From: Cystobasidiomycetes sp. EMM_F5 | Taxonomy: Eukaryota | DNA: 20,000 bases | Direction: 5' to 3' | Assembly (NCBI GenBank): GCA_051047955.1 | Contig: JBPGPT010000002.1 | Location: 1,167,174 to 1,187,173, forward strand | In this document: piece by piece, positions 1 to 10,620 of the stretch | Position numbering within the stretch: the stretch's first letter is position 1 | How the letters are laid out: every line of letters begins with the position of its first letter | Notes under the pieces: generated by a model | What the model was told of the DNA's origin: nothing | The model's input: the letters and a program-made list of their open reading frames with translations, nothing else | Database searches by the model: none | Position numbers and translations under genes: made by a program

Positions 1-172
1 GAGGCTGAAGTTCAAAACTGACTTGTCTATTTTGTTGGACCGTAGAAACGCTGAGCACGTTGGCTTTGAGCCACGTCCATGAATACTGAACACCACACTG
101 CACAGACGGCGGGTGTGCCAGTCTCGCGCGAGGTGCACAATGACCGGCTGGTGATTGCGGCAGCCCAAACGG

Positions 173-860
173 ATGATCACATACAGACCAACAAGGATGG
201 TTCCGACCGCTGGAGCTGACTCTGCTGACCGTAACCAAGCCAGCAATGCGCAGCTTAGGATAGACAGCCTCGCGTACAATAAGACTGCAGTTCGAGCGAC
301 ATTCGTGGCAGTCGCAGGCAGTGCCGCCGCTTCCTTCATAGTTTATCTGACGGGCGTCAGCGGCTTCTGGCTTGTGCTAGTCACTCCGTTTATCGTATTT
401 ATCACGAGCGAACTGGTCCGGACGCAAACAGACAAGCTCGTCACTGACGCACAACAAGCTGTCGCTTGTGCTCGCGATCCGGTATATCGAAATTGTCGGC
501 ACTTCGAGGCGACTCTCACTAATGAAGCCTCTCTGCTAGCTACGTCGTCGGAAAGGCAACCTCTGCGAGGGCGATACAGAAAGCGTCGAGTGGCTCAAAG
601 TCGTCATTTCGAAAATATGGCCTCAAGTCAATACCGACTTGTTGATACCTGTATTAGACTTGATTGAGGATGCTCTAGTCACCCGCATGCCCAAGATTGT
701 CACGGCCGTTCGAGTCGAAGATCTGGATTTCGGTTTGAACGCAATTCGGTACGCGTATTACGCCCATCATAGTCAGTACAGCATGTATCGCCGCGCAGCA
801 GTCAAGGTCAGGACATTCCCGCACTGCAGTCAAGGTCGTAAGATTCGGACAAATATCTAA
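173..860 (+). CDS. Membrane protein with the N-terminal part of an SMP domain (Mug190/tricalbin/E-Syt-like); apparently truncated, possibly a pseudogene; 5' end uncertain
   Basis: Hydrophobic hairpin (VRATFVAVAGSAAASFIVYLTGVSGFWLVLVTPFIVFIT), then a phase-0 intron 482-539 (GTATAT...CTAAT...TAG). This joins to LRRRKGNLCEGDTESVEWLKVVISKIWPQVNTDLLIPVLDLIEDALVTRMPKIVTAVRVEDLDFGLNAIR. The ESVEWL..K.WP and D..ED......V..VRV.D...G....R patterns match the start of SMP domains. It stops at 860 unspliced, or at about 841 if GTACGC at 749 is used as a donor. The start could be ATG 79, 173 or 197. Confidence 0.65.
798..837 (+). repeat. 12-bp direct repeat GCAGTCAAGGTC (798-809, 826-837)
   Basis: Exact 12-mer seen twice with a 16-bp spacer, just where SMP similarity is lost. 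Confidence 0.8.
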
Positions 861-933
861 TACCAATCTGCATGTCACGTTACGAATAGGTCATGGCTAT
901 GATGAGCAATGCAATACTGATGAAGTCGTAAAT

Positions 934-3900
934 TCATAAACGCCAAGCAAATATTTCGCGCGTCGCGCTCGGAGGAGGAGCAGCGCTGTCTAGAGGGCTC
1001 GTCTCGCGCGGCTCAATCAGCTGTAATGCAAATTAGGACATTTCGCGGATACCGAGGCACCGAACCCACTAGACTGCGCCTATAAAGATCGTGGTGATCC
1101 CCGTCGTTGGCAATGTTAGATAAACCTGGATACTCGAGTCAGCGCTGCGATGGTAACCGCAGAGCAATAACATACACAAGTGTAGGTAACTCTGCATCTC
1201 CGGAATTTCAAGCAGATTGTAGGGTTGTTGAAATCTTTGCAAATCCCCGACAATCTTTGCGATTTTCTGTATGCGGAGTGTTAGAAAGGGTCCAGGGTAG
1301 CGCGGGAGGAGTCATGCCCACCTGATAGCGGTCGAAGTTGATGAGGCGTAGGCTCGAATCTAAGGGTGACAAGCGATGCTGGGGATTCCCATCCCGGCAG
1401 AAAGTGATGTCCGTCAGGTACAATCCAAGGAAGGGTAGGCAGGGCGCCACAGCGGTCCGAACAGCGCTGCGATACTGGGCATAATTGCGGCTATGCTCCA
1501 CAAACTTTTGCTGAGCCTGCCATAAAGCGGTATATTTGTTGTTCAAGCCGTCCCACGTCTTTTTAAGCCTCGCTATAGTCGAGGAGCCTAGAGCAGCCAC
1601 GATGGCCATCAACGTATTGAAGTTCTGGAGAGCCATCAAGCGCTTTAATGCCTGTCAGTTGCAAGTCTTTCTGGGATCGGGGAATAGGATGCAGCGACTT
1701 ACCTCGTTGACCTTTATAAAATATTTTACCAAGCCAGTTCGCTTCTTTGCATCTTGCTCACTTAGAATATGGTCAGCAACCCAGCCAGTAAGGCGAGTAC
1801 TGACGGCGCTCATAGCCTTTATTTTACTTGCGCGATTGATGCCTTTCTTGCCCGAGTCCAATGTCAACAATTCGTCTAGTTCGATGCCGCAAAAGAGTCG
1901 ATTCTCCATAATTGTCAATTGCCTGGCCAGCTCCAGTGGATCGAAATCCAAAATGGAACCGACGATGCACATAGGTGACCGCAAAGCTGTCATGAGGGAT
2001 TTTGAGACGATGGAAGCGGGCGGCAGACTCGACATCGGACCGGGTAGCGTCGCAGAACCCAACGGCACGGCGTCGGAGATTGGTTTACCTGAACGCAGCT
2101 TCTCGGCAGAGACCATGCGCATCAGTCCGCGCGAACCGCCGCGATGGGGAGCTGGTGAGAGTACTAATCGTTTCTGTACTAGATCTACCAGCCTTTGTGC
2201 GGCAGCGGGCATAGCTGGCACCATCGATTGGCGTGTGAACACGAGCAGAGACTCGAGTACACAGCTATCCGTATCGGGGTGCCAATGACTCTCGAGCCAT
2301 GTCTTGAAGGTATTGTATACCCTTAGACGCACTGGAGTCAACTTTTGTACGACCCATTGTCGAGCTTCTGGCTCCGGCAACTGATGAGGGGCCGTGATGA
2401 GGAAGCGATTGTACAGTGCTTGCGCGAGCTCAGGCGGCGTGGTAAACATGCGGAATGTCATGAAGAAGGTATTCGCGAAAGTGGGATCAATCGTCTGATC
2501 ATGTAGGGTCATTCGCTCCACCAGGCAGGAAAAAGTGCCGCCGATAAGATTGCCATCCGCATTATACGCACATTCCCTCGGCTGATAGTCACGCTCAAAG
2601 CGTCCGGCAGGTCCTTCCGCCAATCCGGGTTTCGGACTCAGCGGAGAGGACACAAGAGGCTGACTGTGGCCATCAGTCATTCGCAAGGCGACGAGACGGT
2701 CTGGTGTCGACCCGGACCTCGTACGATTAAAAATGGACGGCCTGCGTAAAGCGTCGTGAGCATGCCAATCCTGCTTTTCGTCGATAGGCGAAGGTATGAT
2801 GATGGACGATCTTGGAGACGTTTCCGCCGTACTTGCCTCGGAAAGATACGTTCGATTCGAGGACGTAGCGGTACTCACTGCTGAACCCCTGGAGGACTCG
2901 TCGCGGGACATCGCTTCTCCACCCGCCTTCGATGATGAGATACTGACCGTCAGCGACGGTGTCGCTGATCTGGCTGGTACATCAGATTCGGCCATCTTGT
3001 CGCCTGTCGGTACGCTCGGAGAGGTAGCTTTGTCATTCAGCGATGTGACAGTGGATGTCGCCGAAACACCACTCGAACTAGCAGGCCTGGTGTTTAGCAA
3101 GCTCAATTGTGGCTTGATATGGAGGTTAGGAGGGGGAGCGACACCGCGACGATCTGAGATTACACTTTGACATGGGTCACTCCTGTCATCTCGTTGCTCT
3201 ACGATGAGGCTCGCACGAGGTCTGCGCGTATTTGAAGCGTCACACTTAGCTTCATCAGCAAGTGAGTCCGTTTGCCGCTGTTGCCAGACCAGCACTTTTG
3301 CTGCTGCATTATCATCCTTATGGCTACCTCCTTGAGGCGCGGACGTTTGAATGTGGCCATGCCCCAAGCCTGCATCGGGCTGCTCTACGCCTTTTATACC
3401 GGCGTGTTGAGACTCGCTGGGCGCTTCACTCCAAGTACTATTATTACTGCAAGTGCGCGCTCGCTCGGACTGCACCGGCTTATTGCTGTCCGAGACCGTC
3501 CTGCTGGGACTGATCATATAGGTGAGCTGGTCGAAGCCCTTTTTAAGCAGGAGAGGACGGGTTGATGTAACGCAGTCAGCACTGGAACGCAAAAGGGCTG
3601 TCGCGCACTTCAACAGCTCGTCCTTTTCATCGTCCTCGTCGCGGTGTCGATCGTTCGAATCATCATTGCCGCTGCCTGCTGCGGAGCCGGCCGCCTTGCG
3701 AGCTGGATTACTCGTAACTTTCTTTGCGGATGTCACCAGAGCCGTAGTGGCGAAGTAGAGTGCATCGCGCTGCTTGCTCAGCGTTCGCAATTCCCTGTGC
3801 TGATTCTGTAGATCTGGGTGCCTTGAGACTGCATCGGCAATTAGAATAGTTTCGCGGACTCGTTCTAGTATCTCCTGCATGATCTCAATTAAATGAGCAT

Positions 3901-6072
3901 ATGAGGAGGAGTGCGATTCTCTTGAATGTGCATGGACGTGACCAATGAAGGCTGCAATTGTCGATATGAGGTGATCATGTATAGCGGAGATAGTACGGTA
4001 AACCTCGACAGCTACTTGAGGCTGGTCAGCACCATCGGCAGGGGTGAGTGGACCTGCTGACGACACGATAGACGATCTATCAGAACAAATCGATTCGTTT
4101 TGTTGCCATGCAGGATCGGATTGCGCGGGCGTATACACAGCTGGTATAGACGGCCGTCGAACCATCGCGGCCTGCACAATCTGTGATCGTGGCATATGGT
4201 GCGACGCTGGCTCTTTCTCCAAGAAAGTGAACTGCAGATGATGTGGAATGCCGCTACTCTTGTGGCTAAGGCCGTTGTGATGGCCGCCTTCGCCGCTTGC
4301 CGAGCTCGTGCTACTGGCTTCTGACGCTTTGCGACGTGCTCGAATGTCGCTGAGGCTTCTGGCTTTGTGGACACCGCGAGCTGGCGTATTGCTCCGCTTA
4401 AGACCGCCGCTGTCCTTACGGCCCGTTTCGACGGTAGGGAATGATAAGCAAGTATCCAAGTCTGGCGTGGAGATATTTTCCAGTCTCAAGAGTTGAGATA
4501 GACCTTGACCACCAGCCACATGCACGGAGTCAGACGATGTTGGCGAATCGACGAGTTTGACTCCGCACTGCTGAGCGATAGTCAAAAAGTGTTCGACATT
4601 CTGTTGTATGCGAGTTGCCATCTGAATCATTGTGGAAGCGGCAGTCTGCTGCGAATGATCGCTGAGCTCTGAGCTGGAAGCCGTCTTCGCCTGCGATACC
4701 AATGCTGCAAGGAACGACAAGATCTGTCGTCGCTCTTGTGCAAGTATATGATTCTTGCGCAGTACTGGCGACTCCTTAGCGAGGCAATTTGTAGCGGCTA
4801 GTAGAGACCGCACGGTGGCTATCAGACACGTTGTAGCTGGCTGATAGTGCGAGACGCGACGCGCATCTAGAGCGGCTTGCATTAGTGCGACTGCTTGCAC
4901 GACTGGACTGGACAGGTCGCCGAGGGCTTGCACGGAGCAATTGTAGCCTTGTTCGACTGACGTGAGCATCATGTGAGCAAGACTTGATCGCTGATGATTG
5001 TTCGAGTATTCGCCATGACCGTGATTACCGGCTGGTGTTGGCACTGGCGACGAAGCAGCCCGTTGCATCCTCTCTGAGGTCGATGTTGCAGCTATGGATG
5101 GTGCGGTCGACGTGAAGGAAGTTCGAGAGCTGTTCACAGCGGCCGTGAATATCCCATTATCGCTCGGCGCGCGATAGGCAGAGTTTACGCTACTGCGACG
5201 AGAGCTAGTTCCACCCAAGACGAGTGTACGGGCCCCAGCTTCATCTGTGCAGTTACTTGCGCTACTCTGTGCCAATGCAGGCTTGACCTCGTGCTCGTCC
5301 ATAGCTTCTGACGTTGAAGGACACCTGGGCGTATCACATTGAGTCGTCTGATTATGAGGTTAAGAGGTGTAGAAGACGGCGGGAGGCATCAATGACAGCC
5401 AATCAGCTCCTTGACCAGAGACATGCAGGTGATACCGCCACCAAGGGGCGTCAAAACATGTCATACATGGATGCCCCTGGTGATCACAGTACCCTGTAAA
5501 GCTAAACCCACCACGTAATTGGATGGGAACCATCCTCTGATGTCATCAACCTCTCCGTCCCACCAGCCAGAGGCATCCTTGTTGAAGACCTTGATGAGCT
5601 GGCCGGCTGTAAACGACAAACAGACGTTTGACCCCGAGTCTACTGCCGAATAATCGTGCAGAGCTTGAACGTATTCGTGCATTATTGGCGTGGTCATTGA
5701 ATTCGCATCTTCTTGTTCTGATTCATTCTTGGACTGCAACATGACTGCCATGACCGTTGCATTCTCGTCTTGACTGGAATCCGCTCGGACCCCGCCCGGT
5801 GCTGGGGGAAGGGTCTTCTCTGTCATTTGCGAGTATCGAGAACTGGACGTGGACGTCGATGTCGATGCAACGATGCCAGCAGTCATGGCGTCCATGCGTC
5901 CTGACACTGCATCAAAGTGAAATGGGTCAGACGCGACTGAACTCCGATAGTCGCGTCGATCGTCATTGTATCCAAGAACGCTATGGCGCAGACTGCTCCC
6001 ATCGCTGTTGGTGCTGGCGCTGCTACTCATTGTACTGGCGTTACCGTAGCTTACTCTGGCCTTGACAGACAT
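934..6072 (-). CDS. CDC25: Ras guanine-nucleotide exchange factor, Cdc25/Ste6 family (SH3 + REM + RasGEF), ~1586 aa
   Basis: SH3 (VQALHDY...LSFTAGQLIKVFNKDASGWWDGE...RGWFPSNYV), REM (IGGTFSCLVERMT...FFMTFRMFTTP...RVYNTFKTWL) and RasGEF (DPLELARQLT, LQNFNTLMAI, PCLPFLGLYLTDITF, LINFDRY, LYRRSLLIEPR). Inferred exons 6072-5512, 5347-1703, 1642-1322, 1266-1176, 1125-1070, 1020-934 are all GT-AG and phase-consistent. The first donor and the second acceptor have in-frame alternatives. Confidence 0.93.
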
Positions 6073-8361
6073 TTAATTCGAAATTACTTTGAATTGACGG
6101 CAGTTGAGAATGTTTCGCCAGGGGTACCAAGGATCACAAGAGTGATAACTAGACGGCCATAGGTTTTCTTGTGGTGTTGATATAGCTACAGTGTGACCTC
6201 CGTCGATTCGCTTGTCAATTACGACCAGCGGTTTGGTGTATGTAGTCGGGGATCGATGGCACCTGGCACGATCCTAGTAGCGGTGGGCAAAATGCCACGC
6301 TGCTGTATCGATAGACGGAGCCGACTGATGTTGGTGATATCGTAAAGTGCGTGTTGTTGCCAGCCCTTGCTGTTTTTCAACAGCGGCCTCTGGCCGGACA
6401 GGTCGCGCCCGCCGTTTGCGAAGGGTCCAGCCTCCAAACACAGACTTTTGCGCCGTCAACCGACTGCTTGCGAGCCTAAAGGCTGTCTTGCAGACTTTGT
6501 TGCCCTTGTTGCGAGTCTCTTTGACAGCGTTGACGGCTCGTCTCAATTGTTTGAGTTAGTCGCCAAAAGGTTTGCCAGGAATGTCGGGCACGGCTCTGTG
6601 CGTCGAGTGGCAAAATCCCCTGCGACGCGTCTCCTGTACCTGAATTTGAATCTGTTGTGTTTTCTTTCTTCTTTTCTGCAGTCAAGTTGTGCAGTGTTGA
6701 CGATGGTCAGACTTTGATTGACTGATACCAAGACGATGATGCTTTGCGGGAGACGGAGACCGTCAAAGTTGTCGATTTTGCGACGCGGGCTGAGGGAAAG
6801 TCGCTGGCAGAAGGGAGAGCAGCATTAGCAGTCTGGCTAGTATTCAGGGAGGTATTGCAAAAGATCGTAGTGCAAGATTGTCGAAGGGAGCTTGATGGTG
6901 CGCGTAGGGATTGTGAAAGTGCGGCAAGAAGCTATCACGGCGAAACCGCAAGCACCGGCACGTGAGCGAATCAGCCAGCTCTTAAAGCGCTGCCTCGTAG
7001 CATTTTCGCGATGCATATCGAAAATGCATTGCATCGAAAGTCCATTGACACTTTATGCCCTACTTCAATCCGGACACCAATGCGCGTCGAGTGAAAACGA
7101 AAGAAATGACTCGGAAAGATAGATCAAAGAGAAGCAGGAATGGAGAAGAAGAACAAGGCAGGCAGCGGGCAGACTGATGAGCAACTCACTCCTCATGCAG
7201 GACTGCAAGCCGTTCTCTTTCAGGACCGTTGTGCCTTCTTCCGTGTTGGCGGAATCCGCCGTCGTTATGTCAGCAAAGTCCCAAGCAGCTACGCAATGCC
7301 AGTGACATATGCAAGGTCCTCCAACTCACAAGACCGCTCGGTGTGCGCTGGTCCCCAACTCCGCGTCCTGCACGAATGTACCGCCGATGACCGCACAGCA
7401 GCTGCCAGTGTAGCCCGCTACCTTTTTACTCAAACGATTTCCTGATGAAGGCTCACTCTGCCCAATTGTCGCAAGTTGTCGAGCTTCGCACCGTTCGTCT
7501 TCCCGCACGCTCTCCAAGTCTGCCAGCACACGGAATCGTCGACGGTAATTTTCCTGACACGGAACTGCCTGCCAAACCCGCTTTTTTTTGGGGGTGCTTC
7601 TGTCGAACCAGCTGATGCGACAGGTGTTGGTTGTCGGCCATACGCGTGACTGGAGATGCTGCTGGGGTCACGCTTTCAGAACTGCGTCCTCTTTTTCGCA
7701 GTCTGCGCCCTACGACGCCGGCCACTTTATCGAGCGGCAATGGCCCGTACGAGGTCTTTACGCACACTCCAGAGCGCAATGATGCGTGCAAGATTGAGTC
7801 GAGCAGGATTCTTGCAAATGACGAGCAAGCCAGCACACGCACACTTACGCACACACAACATCCTGCTCTGCCTATGCTTACTTTTCATTGCGCACTCCGC
7901 AGCGCTGGGACCATCGGAGCTCGCCCTGACCATGTCCTGCTAAACGCTGACTACGGGCTGAGTCAGAATTTGCTAAGCTTCTCACTCCGCTTGAGGGTCT
8001 GTCTCTGGGTGGACTCGGTGACGGTGAGCTGCGTTGTCGCTTTCGCTCAGGCTTGCAGGAACGGCAACCGAAAGACGCAGTCTACCACAGTAGAGCATAC
8101 CCAGCAAAGATATGCATTCACGTTACAGCAGACGCATCCCCTCAGGCCTGAAGCAAGCTAATCATCTGGCATTCCAAAGCCGGTGGATTGCCGCTCCGGT
8201 CCGAGACATTCTCCGTTAACTGACTTGCAGGCTCTGCCCAAGTGCCTTTACATACAAAGACCATCCGAGGCAGTCTACATGTTCAAGTATCCTCCTTTGC
8301 GCATCTTGCACCCGACTACGTACAGTATCTAGCATCATGCCGACTGCGTGATAATCAAGAT

Positions 8362-9710
8362 CTATCCATCCAACAGGTCTCCCTCAATGTCCCAAAAGGC
8401 CGCCCGCTTTATGACGAGAACATCGATATGATTACCCACCGTGGCGCTGCTCCATGCTGAGTCTTCGTCCAAGTCATGGTTGAGATCTTCTTCGCGAACG
8501 AGAAAACCTGATGTCTGCGGCTCCTCCATCAGCAGAAAATGGCATAGAGCTACCAGAGGAAGACGCATATCATTGAAATTGATGAACTGATCCTCTTGCG
8601 GATTGTGTGGGACAATGTCTGAGGACGCATGACGCATTTTCTAAACGACGCGATACCGTAACAGCGATCAATGCACTCACATCGATCGTAGTCACCAATA
8701 GTACGCCTATCGCGACGCTTCTCGTTCCCCAGATGTTCCAGCGCCCAATAAATCGAAAAGGAGTATGGCTCATCGGCATCCCGCCCGTCCTGGTGATCCA
8801 TCGCAACATTGACGCGATACACATCGTCCACACAGCTGCGTGAGACATTCAGGTGGCACGACCAGCCACTGATCCATCGCGAGTAGACGACCGTCCCGTC
8901 TTTGACGACCTTTAGCGGACGACGAGCCGGATGTGACACTTTGCAACCATTGGACGATTCGCTAATCACGGAAGATTGCTGAGAGTAAGGCAAAGGTGGT
9001 CGGATGAGAGCTGGATACAGCAGCACGAGCAGTTGCAGAACGTGCAAGTTTGAAATGGTCAGAGTGGTCGAAAGCGTCAATCCCATGCTATCGAGTGCGC
9101 GCCTGAAGCTTGAGATATTCCGGGGCCAAGGTGTGCCAGGGTGTTCTAATGTAGTGATCGTAATATCGTCGAGTCTATTCTCAGACATTGCCGCATACAC
9201 GCAGGCGTAGATGGCTCTCGCCAGACTTTGTATACCTCTCTCTTCGAGATCCACCTCGGCCGGTAGCCATCTCATCTTCCATTCAGCGCGGCTTTTGCTC
9301 TTTTCCAATGCCAACGACGTTCCATCCACAGCTGCAGTATAGCTGTCACGTCCAAAACAATGCACGACAGGACAGTACTTGTTATTCAGTGAACACAGAA
9401 ACTCTTTCCGGACGGTAGATTTGGCAGGCGTTTCCTGCTTCTTGGGAAGTGACTTCTGCGACGTTGTAAGAGTCGCGAAACGGGGCTGTAATTCGAGCGA
9501 GGAGGGCTCTTCGGGTGATTCTGGCCGCCAATTCATGGAATAGCTTTTGCCATTCGCTGGGGAAGTCCTGGTTTGTACACGGCCAAGCTTGGCATGGTCG
9601 GATTGCGGGGTGCCGGTCTTCACTTCGCCTAAAGCGCCGATACTCTTGACGGACGCATCGCTTTGTTCAGTGTCGTCCTGGGATGGACGCCAATTCATAG
9701 AGTATGCCAT
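8362..9710 (-). CDS. Divergent GNAT N-acyltransferase of the SidL/SidF/IucB (Acetyltransf_8-like) family, ~428 aa
   Basis: Exons 9710-8681 and 8618-8362, intron GTGAGT...CAG, phase 1. Motifs HPARRPLK..DGTVVYSRWI, EPYSFSIYWALEHLG, GDYDR and ALCHFLLMEEPQT occur in the same order as the family patterns HP.RP.KP..G...YSRYI, PF.YFE.YW.KED.G, YDRG.H and SL.HY.FL.(D/E)PRT. Confidence 0.68.
9522..9704 (-). repeat. In-frame duplicated heptapeptide YSMNWRP (9684-9704 and 9522-9542)
   Basis: TAC TCT ATG AAT TGG CGT CCA vs TAT TCC ATG AAT TGG CGG CCA, 54 codons apart. Confidence 0.9.
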
Positions 9711-9831
9711 GCCTCAGACAGCTGGTTGAAGCAGAGTAAAGACCAGTCCTTCAAGCTGAAATCGTTGTACGATAGCGATCACATGTTGGTTTTGTTACAT
9801 TGGACAATTCTGCGAGGTCGACGAGGCTTTC
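9711..9831. promoter_or_regulatory. Putative bidirectional promoter (121 bp between divergent start codons)
   Basis: Head-to-head ATGs at 9710 (-) and 9832 (+). No specific element was identified. Confidence 0.5.
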
Positions 9832-10364
9832 ATGAGGTTTGAAGCGGTCGATATGGTCATGCTATGTCCGCAGTCCTGACGAGCCATGTTGGCCGTTGTT
9901 TTCAGTGGCCGCCGGCAGGATGCCAGTACGCTCGAGCAACAGAACGATGCTCAGCTGGATGAGCTGCACAGCAAGATCCGAGCGCTTCATTCGGTAGGTT
10001 ATAGACTCAGGATGTGCCCAGGCAAGGACGTGGGCTGATAATTGTTATTGTTGCAAACAATGCGTTAGGTAACGATTGACATTCACAATGATTCAAGAAG
10101 CCAAAACACACTGCTGGACAGCACAGTGGGTGCAGAGTTCGTGTGCGGATGCCGAAACAAGGTAGCTCAATGCTGCCAATCCATTCTGCACCTTTCTTTC
10201 TGCCACGACAGTCGAACGCTTTCGATTCATTCAGTTCATCCCTCACAAATTCCGCTTCCCGTCTAGGCCGTAACATTACTAACCAGCAGAATCAGAAGCG
10301 TACTATCTTATACGTAATCGGGGCGATATGTGCGTTGTTTGTCGTATGGCGGTACCTTCTTTAG
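9832..10364 (+). CDS. SFT1: Golgi Qc-SNARE, Sft1/Bet1 family, 100 aa, tail-anchored
   Basis: Exons 9832-9836, 9906-9993, 10069-10125, 10212-10364 give MSGRRQDASTLEQQNDAQLDELHSKIRALHSVTIDIHNDSRSQNTLLDSTSNAFDSFSSSLTNSASRLGRNITNQQNQKRTILYVIGAICALFVVWRYLL. This is a SNARE heptad motif plus a C-terminal TM. The very short N-terminus and VTIDI/SASRL favour Sft1 over Bet1. Confidence 0.85.
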
Positions 10365-10620
10365 TCAGTCTAGCATGCATGGTTCGGAAGTCTCCATCAC
10401 CAAGATCAGACCTTGTTTAACTGGCACATCCACCTATGCTATATGATCATACTGAACTATCTGCTAACATATTGCAGCATATTGGCCAAATGTAGTGACT
10501 ATCTCACGAAAACAGACAATACCAAATATATAAATGATCATCAACATTGACTTTATACTCAGCTTCTACATAGCATCGGTACTGTGACTGCCGGTACCTG
10601 AGTAGATATTCTGCTGAGAC

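Noticed and set aside
899..924. ATGATGA ... CTGA resembling C/D snoRNA boxes, and CTGATGA resembling a hammerhead core (also at ~7173 and ~7442)
   Set aside because: The boxes are only about 12 nt apart with no terminal stem, and there is no stem II plus GAAA for a hammerhead.
1536..4496. Multiple plus-strand ORFs (up to 250 aa) over the RasGEF gene
   Set aside because: Antisense shadows of a long coding exon with no recognisable motifs.
6219..8161. Many short overlapping ORFs on both strands
   Set aside because: Most have non-ATG starts and no motifs, and no consistent exon chain could be built.
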